Assembly (NCBI RefSeq): GCF_052425735.1 | Contig: NC_135759.1 | Location: 23,808,001 to 23,872,000, forward strand | Reading direction: 5' to 3' | Length of the DNA stretch: 64,000 nt | Origin: Oculina patagonica | Taxonomy: Eukaryota | In this document: positions 12,701-24,599 of the stretch, one piece after another | How the letters are laid out: each line of letters begins with the position of its first letter | How positions within the stretch are numbered: position 1 is the first letter of the stretch | Position numbers and translations under genes: made by a program | The notes under the pieces: model-generated | What the model saw: only the letters and a program-made list of their open reading frames with translations | Told to the model about the DNA's origin: nothing | Databases searched by the model: none

Positions 12701-14554
12701 TTTCAAACGATGGCTTTTGCAGCAAAATTGGAGCAAAGACGGCTGAAATATCGCAGTTCAAAGACAGCCGATTTAGGGATTTGTCCGTGGGATGCTCCCT
12801 GGTGTCGACTGAATGTGATTTTGTGCTATTTTCTGATGCCAAAAGTAATCATCGAACCAAATCGGATTGAACTGCAATTGATCAAGTAAGTTAGTGTTAT
12901 GCATTGTCTCATCAAACCCGCTTGCAATTTTTATCGGTCATTTCCAGTTTGCCAGTAATCGCTGGTTGTAAGTTGTGAGTTTTCGGGTTAGCCGTAAATT
13001 CCCGGTCTACGCCTTATAATTTTGGACACAAAAACTGCACGCAGAAAACGTTAAAAAGTAAACATGAAATTCAAAGTCTGCACTTTAATTTTTATTCACA
13101 GTAAAAGATAATGTATCTTTCTATCTTGTTCCGGTTGCAAAATTTTACATTTACTTGCTAGTCAAGAAATATTTAATTAAATATTTCACTTTCTATACGT
13201 TTTCTCTTTGTTGTTTTTGATTTCGCTCGTGCGATCAATTTACCGCATAACATACTTTTCGCGGGCTCAGAAGTCCGACTTTTCTGACGATGCTACATCC
13301 TTCTCCCTGTGTAACTGAATGGTCTCCTTCGGAGACCCCACAGGTGGGCCACCTTTACCTTCAATATAAGGAGATGGCCAGCTTTGGATCTTACGAGCTT
13401 CACACGATCGAAGGGATTATTTTCCTACCCATGGTATTATACACATAGTCCCAAATGCAAATTAGCCTAGCTGTAGGCATAGCTACCCCCAAAGGAAATG
13501 GTTTTTGTTTTGGGGAGGGGGCACGGGCACTGCAATTGCAAATTAGGTTAGCATCCAGGACTTCTCGGTTCAACAAAAGCTTGGTTACCCAGAAAAACGA
13601 AAGAAGATGAAGACTTAGTTAGTTATTGGTTTTATATTTAGACGAACTCCTCTTATCCTATAGATCATGATATAATTTGAAAAACCACTTAGGAATTTAA
13701 AACCAATTGTAATGATTTGTCCGTATTTCGGCTAATAAAAGAGGAGGAAAAATCTGTTGTAGTAAAGTGGAATAAACTTTAGTGTTTCAGTACAGGGGAT
13801 ATTCCATTGTTATCGTTGCTTTTTGAAACATTTGCCTTTCTTAATCATTCATAAATTATAGTAACAGTGGCACAGACTAATTTAGGTTAAAATCCACTGT
13901 CTGGTATCAAACCAACTTATGGCCGACGTTCAAAGCTGGTTAAACTAAGGACTGAGCACTTGACAAAATAAGAGTGACCATTTTTCTGAATTTTCATATT
14001 TATAAAGTAAATATTATCTGTTAACGTTTTCTTTGCTATCCAATATATTTTGGCGATGTGTTGATTGATTGAAGTCGGAAGTTCCACCACCCTTGCTAAG
14101 GGCTACAACTAGGCCTTAATTAAAACAACTGAAAAGATAAAAGGCTTTACTAAATTAGAGTTTGAAAACGCCAAAATAAATTACCGGTAAGTATAAATAA
14201 ATATATTAAGAACGTGAAAACTTATTTAATTTAGTTTGTAACAATTTTTTAACCAGACGAAAAGGACGGACTTTGAACCAGATCTCAGGCAATAATATGC
14301 GATAATACGTTCTTTCGTTTACAAGGTATGCGAATGAGGCGAAAGGGTCAACACGTCGGTTAAAACAATGCAGTTTGAACTTATAGTTTCATTTGTATGT
14401 CAAACCGCTGAGAAGTGCAATTACACTGCAATGGGTATCGAGTAGTTTGATAAATTTTATCAACCTTATGGTATTTCAAAATTAGCCGAGAAAGAAAATA
14501 CAGACTAACCTCTGCAAAGGGATTTTTGGAATGTGAAGACGCCGAGGTTCCCAT
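703..14554 (-). CDS. Copy A (3'-incomplete in window): cholesterol-oxidase-like GMC oxidoreductase / alpha-beta hydrolase multidomain protein, exons 1-10
   Basis: Hand-spliced GT-AG exons: 14510-14554, 11133-11373, 9112-9602, 8179-8703, 7525-7846, 7191-7361, 6255-6485, 2624-3099, 1970-2106, 703-838. Phases are consistent and lengths equal those of copy B. Motifs: IVGSGYGAS (FAD Rossmann), GLGGTSLINAN, CTACGNCVGGC, TVHPLGGC, VDGAILPRAVGINP, GPVILFHG, YDVWLADWR. The gene continues beyond position 1. Confidence 0.9.
3214..5902. mobile_element. 2.7-kb non-autonomous foldback DNA transposon, Kolobok-like (TTAA TSD, GG..CC termini)
   Basis: TTAA(3210-3213)+GGTGGCCCGCGGGTATTTCCGGG ... CCCGGAAATACCCGCGGGCCACC+TTAA(5903-5906). 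The arms are reverse complements almost to the centre (~4560-4600). The element is absent from the paralogous intron of copy B (45595-45615, gacgcttatcatatacc). Confidence 0.85.
10200..10374 (+). mobile_element. 5'-truncated SINE, same family as 38924..39175
   Basis: cccgagttcaaatcctc...ctggtttgcctcctgc...gggattttt...taaactagctat...gctaagtgcatgaccactat matches the body and tail of the fuller copy. Confidence 0.65.
10373..10998. mobile_element. MITE-like non-autonomous DNA element, related to 36733..37219 in inverted orientation
   Basis: Termini ttgcagttttcac / gtgaaaaccaa. The internal segment gtccaagtctcaggtctgt...aaatttagagagcac matches the reverse complement of ~37030-37105. Absent from the paralogous intron. 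Confidence 0.55.
11430..13671. mobile_element. 2.2-kb TIR-bounded insertion in intron 1 of copy A (superfamily unassigned)
   Basis: Imperfect ~150-bp inverted repeats at 11430-11580 and 13530-13671 (atcatgagctatagg.../...cctatagatcatgat; aagcttttgttgaatcgagaagtcctggatgcta / tagcatccaggacttctcggttcaacaaaagctt). The flanks join contiguously in copy B (~51550-51600). No clear TSD. Confidence 0.65.
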
Positions 14555-15241
14555 CTCAAGGAACTGTATCTACACTCTTGTAGATTTCCACTTTATCTTA
14601 ACTCTCGGCTTCTGCCAACTTGTTCAAATTTCATACTGCAAAAAATGAAAAGATTAACACATACAATGTACACATCGTTCATCTACTTGTCACAGTTGCC
14701 TGTAGCGGCTCTTCCTTTACTGCCCTGCACTCTGTTCTGTATCAAAATATTTTCTATACAGTCAAACCTCTCCTTACGGACGTTTCTATGATACGAACAC
14801 CTCCCTACTACGGTCTGTTCACTTGGTGGGAAACAGACCAAAATTCAAATACACCGCCGATCTTTTACGAAGAAGGGGACTAAGTACCACATCAGTTAGA
14901 AGATTATACTAACTACTTTTTGTCATTGCTGCTTTTTACATTCTTGCAGCAATATAAAAAAGATTTTAAAAAAAGAAAAGGCGAGGATGGACAAGGAGCG
15001 CTTTTTAAACATCCGAATTAAAAAGAGTGTGGTACAAACAAAATTCGCCACTACTGTTTGCAATATAACTTAATATGTTACTTTTTGTCTTTTATTGTGT
15101 CGACAATTAGTGCTTTGCGCTAGGAGTGTATACTGAACTATTCCATGCTCGCGTGAAGCATCGCTTGTTCAGGACGCCATGTGTTATATTAAAAAAAAAT
15201 CCACCTCTGTATAGAACAAATTAAACCAGAGGTCCATGCAT

Positions 15242-15484
15242 CAGGGCCGGGTTGTTCGAAAGCCGATTAACACTAACCCAGGATTAAAAGTTAATCGAGG
15301 GTTCCTTTTGTCTTATATAAAAGTGTTTTTGATGCTTATGTTTTGTGGATTTTGGGATAATTAGACGGCAAAACTAAATGGCGGATAATATAAACAAAAA
15401 ATCTCACTGAAAAGTTGAAAAGCTGAAATCAAAATTCGTGCTAATCCTGGATTAGCTTAATCGTGCTTTGAACAACCCGGCCTG
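15242..15484. mobile_element. MITE
   Basis: TIR cagggccgggttgttcgaaag / ctttgaacaacccggcctg. Confidence 0.6.
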
Positions 15485-16440
15485 ATCACGAGAGTGCTTT
15501 GAAGTAAAGGTATTATATCTGCCCGTCATAATAGATAGATTGACTGGATTCAAATCCACTTCACCTCAAAATAAATGCCACTTAGCAACTCAAATTTGCC
15601 TACTTGAAAGGAACACTGTGTTTTCATTACTCATCCACAATTGAAAAATTTTAAACTGACATCTTTGAAATTCCAGCTAGGGATAATGCAAGAAGAACAT
15701 TGATAAAAGAGAAAGAAGTTATTAGTTATTGAAATTACTAAAAATTATTCTTCAAATTATAATGATTGTTCATGTATAACGTACAGGACTAAAATTAACT
15801 TTATAATTCCGTTACTTTTCAATAACTTTCCAAGATATCCATGTTTCCTCTCACTTATTTTTATCCCTTGAGTAATTGCGCACGAGTTCGAACTTGTTTA
15901 TGAGCAAAACTAATTGTTTCTTGTAACCGTTGGCTGCATGAAAGGGCAAGAGAAGCACTAAGCTAATGATCATCGTCGTATTAAATTTCAGTAGAAAGCT
16001 GATATTTCGAGCTACAAATGTTGGTCCTCGTTGGAGCAAGTTTGCTCCACTGAAAATAGGGAAAGTTATCTTTTCTTGAATATGTTACTTTTGGCGCTCA
16101 ATTCATAAACGGATATTTATGCCTTATTTCTGTCAGAGATATTTTACTAACTAGTACTGAAAAGAAACTTTTTCTCACATTGTGCTGCCAGCTTTATTTC
16201 CAAAAGAGATGTGACTGAAGGTAGTTTTCTTACAGGAGATATCATATGTAAACCATTTTTATCCTCCAATCGTCGAAAGACGCCCTTGTTGCTCAGTTGT
16301 AAAGCCACCATTTGGCTTTAAATTCTCGCACGCCCTCGTTGACCTTCGCCAAGTTTTAGGTGTCAACAATTTTTTTTTCTCGTTATTAAAAAAATCTCGT
16401 TAACTTTCTGAGATTCTCATTCTCCGTGGTCCGTACTTAA

Positions 16441-16699
16441 AGGGACAGGGTCAGCATTCTTACCGCGCTGACCTGAACACTAGTTTTCACATTTTGAAAA
16501 AAGTCCATGGTGGACTTTTTTCAAAACGAACCTTCAGAAATCTGCTGCAATCTTCTCGGTGTTTCACTAAATAAGAAAATTTAGAGAAAAAAAAATACAC
16601 CGAGAAGGTTGAAGCAGATTTCTGAAGGTTCTATACGCGTATTTTTGATTTCGGGTTGAGGTGGACTTTTTTCAAAACATGAACGCTGACCATGTCCCT
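16441..16699. mobile_element. Kolobok-type MITE
   Basis: TTAA+AGGGACAGGGTCAGC ... GCTGACCATGTCCCT+TTAA, with an internal hairpin gaaccttcagaaatctgct / agcagatttctgaaggttc. Confidence 0.7.
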
Positions 16700-18329
16700 T
16701 TAAAGAAAACACTAACAACATTAGCTTAAATTCTTTTCTTTGTCCTGAATGAACTCTTAGGGATTCCGCATGAGACCGATCGTGGCGATAAAAGGTCTCG
16801 AGAAAAAGGCTAACTAACATAATAAGTATTCAATATTAACTTTTCTTACCGATGAAGTTTAAAGCATATAACGTCTGTGTTTCACCAGAATGAGGGTTCA
16901 GAATTTGTATAATTATCCTGACGCTAATATTCAACAAAAAAAAAAATCATACATACAAGAGAGATCATCAAGAGAGTTCCGCTGATAAAATCGTTTTATC
17001 GAGCTTATGGCTTCTTCACGGCTAAAAGTTTGCTTTCAATGGAGTAAAAACAGTAACAAAGCAGCTGTGGTAACAGAGTCGACGGCTCTTGTTTTCACAG
17101 CTTTTGCGCAAGTTTTGTAAATAGCCATATTATAGAAATTTCGAAATTGACGCTCCATGAAATTAATGCGAATATTTCAAAATTCGCAGTAATTTAAGTC
17201 GCATTCATTTTTGTGAGCGTTCAACATTATTACATACGTACAAACTTTATTCAAGATGCAAGAGTTACATGAATATACAAACAAAGCAAAAGATAAAAAC
17301 AGGCAACTCGAAAAGGAAGTTATGAGGTCATGTAAAAACTCCCTAAAATAATACAAGAAATATCAAAACAAAGATCATTAATTGAAAAATTCAGGTACAA
17401 TTTGAGCTTGGATTTAATTAGCTGAAGGCTATCAGCTTCCATTCCCAGACCTTATTTTCATTCCAAATACTGGATACTGTCCGAACACATATAGAAACTA
17501 GGTAAAAAACTCTTCTCTTTTCTGTCCACTATTCAGGGTTAAAGCCGTAAAGATATGTCATCTGCAATAATTTCAGTTTATTTCTCCTTACAGAAGAGCG
17601 GTACAACAGCCAAAATATCTTTAGACATAAAAAATCGCGTTAATTTACCCATTTTTAATTTTGCCCCGTTCCTAGCGTTATTTTCCTTTATTTAAAAGAA
17701 CATTTCCCTCCAATTCGCGTTCATTTAAGCCGCGTTTATTTCAGACCTTAATTTACGGGTGCGTAATTTTTCTAAAATAAAGTAGATACGAAATAAGTCG
17801 TGAGAAAGTGAAAATTAGAAACAGCTGTTGATATACGCTGTTTTGATTTTCATAAATATGTTATTTGGTAGATATATTGTTATTTACGGTCATTGCAAAA
17901 GCGATAAGAAGAAACCGTTATATTGGACTTTCAAGTCATTCTTTTTTACGCTTACATAAAGATAAAGTGAAACAATTTTAACAGAAAGTGTATTTTGATT
18001 TATAGTTTGTGGGTCTGAGTTTATTATTATTAAAACATCGTGCTTACAAGTTTTCAGCTAAGGACACCCATCTACGGTAGGTTTAAGGTGACTAAACACG
18101 TACCTATCCTTTAGTTTGCTTTCACGTCCAAACCGTTGCAGCTGACGAGCTCAGACTGCTGGCAGATTGGAATATAAGCTACTGCTGTTGTAATTTTTGC
18201 GTGTTGCTTAAGACCATGCATGTTGCGTTACCATAGCAACCCAGCTAATTCTAAATAAACCAAAAAATTGTATTTCTCTCGATTTCAGAAAATTCAGTCA
18301 TTAGAATTTTTTTCATCGTTTTTGTACAA

Positions 18330-18598
18330 CAAACTTGAAAAAATTCTGAAATAGCTGTTATTGCAGTTCCCAACGGTTTGACATACAAACGAGGCGAAAG
18401 GGTCATTTTACATTGTTTTAAGACCCTTTCGCCTCGTTTGTATCCCTTTCCAACAAAAGAATATATTATCGCAGGCTCAACTGCAATAACAGCCATTTGA
18501 ACATTGTGGTAATAAAGTTATTGGAGGAAATTTTATTTTTTTGTTGCTTTAAAAAATTCTTTGTTAATTTCAGATATTTTGTAATCAGCAGTTTTCGT
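18330..18598 (+). repeat. 269-bp direct repeat, left copy, flanking the LINE; contains a ~145-bp palindromic MITE (18351-18496)
   Basis: Reads identical to 21444..21712 by eye and abuts the poly(T) end of the LINE. Confidence 0.9.
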
Positions 18599-21443
18599 TT
18601 TTTTTTTTTTTTTTTTGTATTTTATTTTTTTTTAGAAATTACAATGACAATAATACATACAAGAACCTAATGACAATGCTACAGACACAAACGAATTACA
18701 ATATTAAACAAGCCTTGCACAACGTGACTTAAACTTAGTACAAATTGAAAGGACCAAATAAAAACAAAAAAACAAAAACAAAAACAAACAAACTGCCTCC
18801 GACAGCGGGTACAGATACAGGTAATTTTTGGTTAATTTACTACAATAAGAATAAGAAAAAGAAAAAGAAAGGGTGACAATTAAAAAGGATTTAATTAGAC
18901 ATTAAACCTAAGGTGATAATAGAGGGAGCAGAGGCTCCCACTTCGTATAATGGTAATTTAGATTATTGTTCTCTCTCGCAATGAAACGTTCCAGTTTGTA
19001 AGTATTCTTAATACGTTCTAATAAAAGTCTTGGTGATAAAAATTTGTCATTTAATTTGAAAAAATACAGGAGATATTTGCCTTCAAGAATGATATAGTTC
19101 ATCAAAGAACTGTGAGTTTCTTTATTACTTATTCCAAATAAAACATCTGTGATCTCGAAGTCCTTAGAGACTTTTAATTGGTCTCTAAACAAGTTCACAA
19201 CTTCATTCCAGAACATCCTAACTCGTGGACAATAGAAAAAGAAGTGTTCTATAGTTTCTATGTCCGCTTTACATAGGTAACATAATGGGGAGTCGACTAT
19301 TTTGAATTTATGAAGCGACTTGTTTGTGTAGAGAATCCTATTTAATATTTTGTACTGAAATTCGCGTAGTTTTGTACTCAAGGTTACTTGGAATGGTAAG
19401 AGAAATATGTCTTTCCAGTTTAATTGAAAAGACTCGGTATTAAAAAGATCTTCGTATTTCTTTATGGCAGTGGGCGCATGTACAATTTTAGAGATCAGGC
19501 TGCTATACAAAGATTTTGATTGCAATTTTTCTACTTCGTTTTCTTCGTTGTTAATTTTGATATGAAAAGTGGAGAGATTTAGTGGATGTGTGTGAAAAGG
19601 TATAAGACCCCTGTTTGCGTATAAAGTATTTCGCCAATGTAATGGAAGAGCCTTGTATATACTGAACAGTAAGAAAGTGTCTATGGGTGAAAGAGCCGAT
19701 CGCAAAGGTTCTTTTTTAAACACAAGCTCCCCCGCACAGTCGTAGAGCTCGCCAACTTTATATAAACCATGTTCACGTATTTTGGCGCTGAAGACAGATT
19801 TACCTTCAATACAGATGTACTTGTTGTTCCATATTACTTCATTAGAAATTTCTTCCAGTGTAGAGGGATCTGTTTTATTCATAGAGGACCATAGGATTAG
19901 ACATTCCTTATAGAAGATCGGAGTAACTACCGATAGCCTTTCAAAGTCAAAATTGCAATGAAATAGGAATTTGCCTCCCACCCTTTTAAGATACGTATCT
20001 AAAAAAAATTTCCAGCCTGCGGTGTACGGATCTAAATATCTTTTTATACATATTATTCTCTGTGCAGAGATCATTGACCCGATATCAGGCATGTTTAGAC
20101 CTCCTTTCTCAACTGGATTAATAAGCGCCGTTCGTTTTATTTTATCTTTACCTTTCCATACGAACGTGTAGATGAGCGAATTTAGTTTTTTAATAGAATC
20201 TTTTTTACAAGAAACCAAAGCTGCGCGGTATAGGATTTTTGGAATAACGAACGATTTGATTACTTGTATTCTGCCGATAATTGTGAGGCCTCTCCAACTC
20301 CAACCTTGCAGAAATTCTTTGACACTTTTTTCAATTGACTCGAAGTTTCTTTTATCAAACAATAGGTGGTCGTTAGTAAAACAGACACCGAGAATCTTAA
20401 CAACGTCTTTAATCTCTTCCACACCGAAATCCTGGGGGTGTAGCACCATATTACCTAGTGGAAGGATTTCAGTTTTTTCGTGGTTCATTTTTAAACCAGC
20501 GTATCTGCCGAAAAGCTTGACAGTGTTCATGAGAACAAAGAAAGAGGCTCTGTCACGAACAAACGATGTCAATGATCGTCCGCAAAAATTGTTAGTTTTA
20601 ATTCGTTTCCATCGACGGATATACCCTTTATCTGTTTATTATTGCGGATGTTGACTGCCAAGGTCTCAAGAGCGATAATAAAAAGAAACGGGGAAAGTGG
20701 GTCTCCCTGGCGAAACTTCAATAACATCATTGATAGTACGGACTGCATCGAAAATAGTCCGACCCTTGACGAATGCGTTTTGATCATAGTGAATAATGTG
20801 GGGAAGGACTTTCTCCAGTCTTTTAGAGATAGCCTTTGAGCCGATCTTGACGTCGACGTTCACTAAGGAGATTGGCCTCCAGTTCTTAATCAGCCTCCTA
20901 TCTCGGTTTTTCTTCTCAATAAGAGTGATTACAGCTTCTTTCTGAGTTGTAGAGAGTTCACCATGACGGTAGGAAAAGTTTAGGGAATCCACCAAGTTCC
21001 GCCCGATTTCAGGCCAAAACACTTTATAAAATTCCACAGACAAACCATCGTTTCCTGGCGTTTTGTTGTTTTTAAAAGAAGAGAGAACATTAAAACACTC
21101 GGCATACGTTAGTTCGCCCTCGCACGTGTCGCGCATTTCCGGTGATAATTTGGGAATGTACGCAGAGTTTAGGAAAGGGCATGTCGACAGGTCGACAGTA
21201 TCGTCAGCTTTTTCAGCATATAGGTCAGAATAGAAAGAAAAAATTTCGTCCGCAATTGTGTTGGGGTCTGTGGTCTCTTTTCCATTTTTCCGTAACAGCT
21301 TTCTTACAGAGCTCTTTTTCTTTTTATTGTTTTCTAGGTTCAAGAAATACTTTGTATTCCTTTCACCTTTCTCGTACCATGTGGCACTGAACGAATAATT
21401 GAGCCTGTTATGATGTAATTGTATTCGTTTTCGTATTCCAATT
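18599..21443 (-). mobile_element. 5'-truncated, disrupted Tx1/L1-clade non-LTR retrotransposon (ORF2 RT plus C-terminal zinc knuckle)
   Basis: Motifs [60 protein letters not shown]. Poly(A) tail seen as a T-run at ~18598-18616. There is an internal deletion near 20715 and a frameshift at ~20572. Confidence 0.9.
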
Positions 21444-21712
21444 CAAACTTGAAAAAATTCTGAAATAGCTGTTATTGCAGTTCCCAACGGTTTGACATAC
21501 AAACGAGGCGAAAGGGTCATTTTACATTGTTTTAAGACCCTTTCGCCTCGTTTGTATCCCTTTCCAACAAAAGAATATATTATCGCAGGCTCAACTGCAA
21601 TAACAGCCATTTGAACATTGTGGTAATAAAGTTATTGGAGGAAATTTTATTTTTTTGTTGCTTTAAAAAATTCTTTGTTAATTTCAGATATTTTGTAATC
21701 AGCAGTTTTCGT
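21444..21712 (+). repeat. 269-bp direct repeat, right copy, flanking the LINE
   Basis: Matches 18330..18598. Confidence 0.9.
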
Positions 21713-22271
21713 GCCTTCTAAAGTACAACCTTGCAAAATTTCTTAAAGTTCTAATGAAAGGTTTGTTAGAAATAGTGCCTTTCTAGTAAGACAGTAAAGC
21801 GACCGATCGCAACTTTTTGGTTAACTGCGCAAGCGCAGCATCTAAATGTTGTTTCTCTCAAATTAAAGCCTAGGGCGCGTGCGCTCGGACTGCATTGAAT
21901 ACAAAGAGTACACGGAAACTGTGTTCAGCCGCCTTAATCGCCCATTTTAAAGGAGTTTTTAGCGCTTACCGCGAGTTCGGGAGTAATGTAAACGAGTACA
22001 TTGGAGAGGGGCAGTTCTCGTATCAATCAGCTTAACATGCAAAACAACTACAAGGATCATATTTTGTTTTGCGCTTCATTTGCAGCGCATTTACGATTTC
22101 ATTAACATCAATTAGATGTTGTTCCATTCTTTTCAGTGGAACCCTGTAATTAGGAGGTCTAGAACATCATGAAATTATCAAAGATCAACCTATTCGCCGA
22201 GATTGTACCCCCAAAAGTCGGTTAAATCAGGACGTATATTGATCATTGTCGGGAAAAAAATTGTTTTAGAC

Positions 22272-22405
22272 GTACAGTTGAACCCCGGTAACTCGAACTC
22301 TGAAGAGAAACGAAAAACAGTTCGAGTTAGCAGGGTTTTCGAGTTAACCGAGTAAAAATGACTGAAAAGTGAGTCCAAGGGAAATGGAAGTTAGTTCGAG
22401 TTGGT
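22272..22405 (+). mobile_element. Tc1/mariner-type MITE fragment
   Basis: TA+CAGTTGAACCCCGGTAACTCGAACTC terminus followed by ttcgagtta repeats. The other end is not found. Confidence 0.45.
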
Positions 22406-22560
22406 CCAAACAATGGACCTCTGTCCTATGGGCAATGGATGTAAATTCCATGCGCAATATAGAGGCTAGTCTGGCGAAGGGGCGTTTTAGCGCTGAAAAT
22501 AACATTTTGAGTATAGTTTTGTAATCAAATCGTAAATTTATGGATCAATTGCAAGATGGT

Positions 22561-22760
22561 TTGTTCAAGCGAGTTGCAAGCACGGTGACAACATTAAATA
22601 AAGAAAATTCTGTATATTAAGGATGAGTTGCTTGGCGATAATCAATAGATTATACTATTTACTGGCACATTCAGGCAGCTGATAAAAACAACCTTCCAAT
22701 AAGTATCACGGTCGCCCCAACACGAGAAAAAGTCTAACGAATAAACTCATAACAAGAATA
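22561..22760. promoter_or_regulatory. Non-coding block paralogous to the copy B/SLC17 intergenic region (53101..53320); putative promoter remnant of copy A
   Basis: Colinear shared words ttcaagcg, ttgcaagYacggtRac, agttgcttggc, gctgataaa, gccccaacacga. Confidence 0.5.
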
Positions 22761-22885
22761 AACGATATCAATGTTGTTATGAAAAACTAAGAAAAACAGT
22801 ACGTTTTTACTAATTTATACATATATTCGTCTTTGCTGTTTTGGACATATGCCTGAACTGTCGTTCAACTGGAAGGGGTATACCA

Positions 22886-24446
22886 GGCACGATTTACGTT
22901 TTGAATTTTTGTGTAAGTCCTGCTGTAAGCCGGCTTACAGGCTTACACGATTAATTTATCACCTGTGCCAAGATTACGAGATGGAAATAAGTAAATTGGT
23001 AGCTTTCTTGTCTGAGGTTAGGTTATGGATTCGTCTGTTGCCATGGCAACCAATTTATCTTTCCCCAATTTCCCCCAAAAATCCTTAGTTCGAAATCTTA
23101 TTCTAACCCACATGGAATTACAGGCTTACAGGTTTACAGAGTTACATACAGGCTTACAGAGTTACAGAGTTACAGGCTTACAGAGTTACAGAGTTACAGG
23201 CTTACAGAGTTACAGGCTTAAAGGCTTACAGGCTTACAGAGTTACAGGCTTACAGGCTTACAGGCTTACAGGCTTACAGGCTTACAGAGTTACAGGCTTA
23301 CAGGCTTACAGGCTTACACGCTTACAGAGTTACAGGCTTACAGGCTTACAGGCTTACAGGCTTACAGGCTTACAGGCTTACAGGCTTACAGGCTTACAGG
23401 CTTACAGGCTTACAGGCTTACAGGCTTACAGGCTTACAGGCTTACAGAGTTACAGGCTTACAGGCTTACAGGCTTACAGGCTTACAGGCTTACAGGCTTA
23501 CAGAGTTACAGGCTTACAGGCTTACAGAGTTACAGGCTTACAGGCTTACAGTTTTACAGAGTTACATACAGGCTTACAGAGTTACAGAGTTACAGGCTTA
23601 CAGAGTTACAGAGTTACAGGCTTACAGAGTTACAGGCTTAAAGGCTTATAGGCTTACAGGCTTACAGAGTTACAGGCTTACAGGCTTACAGGCTTACAGG
23701 CTTACAGAGTTACAGGCTTACAGGCTTACAGGCTTACACGCTTACAGAGTTACAGGCTTACAGGCTTACAGGCTTACAGAATTACAGGCTTACAGGCTTA
23801 CAGGCTTACAGGCTTACAGGCTTACAGGCTTACAGGCTTACAGGCTTACAGAGTTACAGGCTTACAGGCTTACAGAGTTACAGGCTTACAGGCTTACAGG
23901 GTTACAGGCTTACAGGCTTACAGGCTTACAGGCTTACAGGCTTACAGGCTTACAGAGTTACAGGCTTACAGAGTTACAGGCTTACAGGCTTACAGGCTTA
24001 CAGAGTTACAGGCTTACAGGCTTACAGGCTTACAGGCTTACAGAGTTACAGGCTTACAGGCTTACAGGCTTACAGGCTTACAGGCTTACAGGCTTACAGG
24101 CTTACAGGCTTACAGGCTTACAGGCTTACAGGCTTACAGAGTTACAGGCTTACAGGCTTACAGGCTTACAGGCTTACTGGCTTACTGGCTTACAGAGTTA
24201 CAGGCTTACAGGCTTACAGGCTTACAGGCTTACAGGCTTACAGGCTTACAGAGTTACAGGCTTACAGGCTTACAGAGTTACAGGCTTACAGGCTTACAGG
24301 CTTACAGAGTTACAGGCTTACAGAGTTACAGGCTTACAGGCTTACAGAGTTACAGGCTTACAGGCTTACAGGCTTACAGGCTAACAGGCTTACAGGCTAA
24401 CAGGCTTACAGGCTTACAGAGTTACAGGCTTACAGGCTTACAGAGT
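22886..24446 (+). repeat. Minisatellite-bearing element: ~230-bp unique leader plus ~1.3-kb array of 8-mers CAGGCTTA/CAGAGTTA
   Basis: The array is visible at ~23119-24446. The leader is the reverse complement of 28105-28337. Confidence 0.9.
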
Positions 24447-24599
24447 ATATACGTATAAAGAAAATACACGCACTAATAATATATAAAAGATGGGGGAAAA
24501 AGTAATGTAATAATAATAATAATAATAATAATAATATAAAATAAAAATGAAATAAAAGTAATAATAAACTAAAGCTAACTTTCATATAACGATTAAAAG

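Noticed and set aside
23025-23651. 208-aa ORF of LQAYRLTG repeats (and 27736..28104)
   Set aside because: It is the translation of the 8-bp minisatellite; there is no evidence of a gene.
23119-24446. Possible telomeric repeat or CRISPR-like array
   Set aside because: The unit is not TTAGGG, it is embedded in a dispersed element, and there are no unique spacers or cas genes. The context is eukaryotic.
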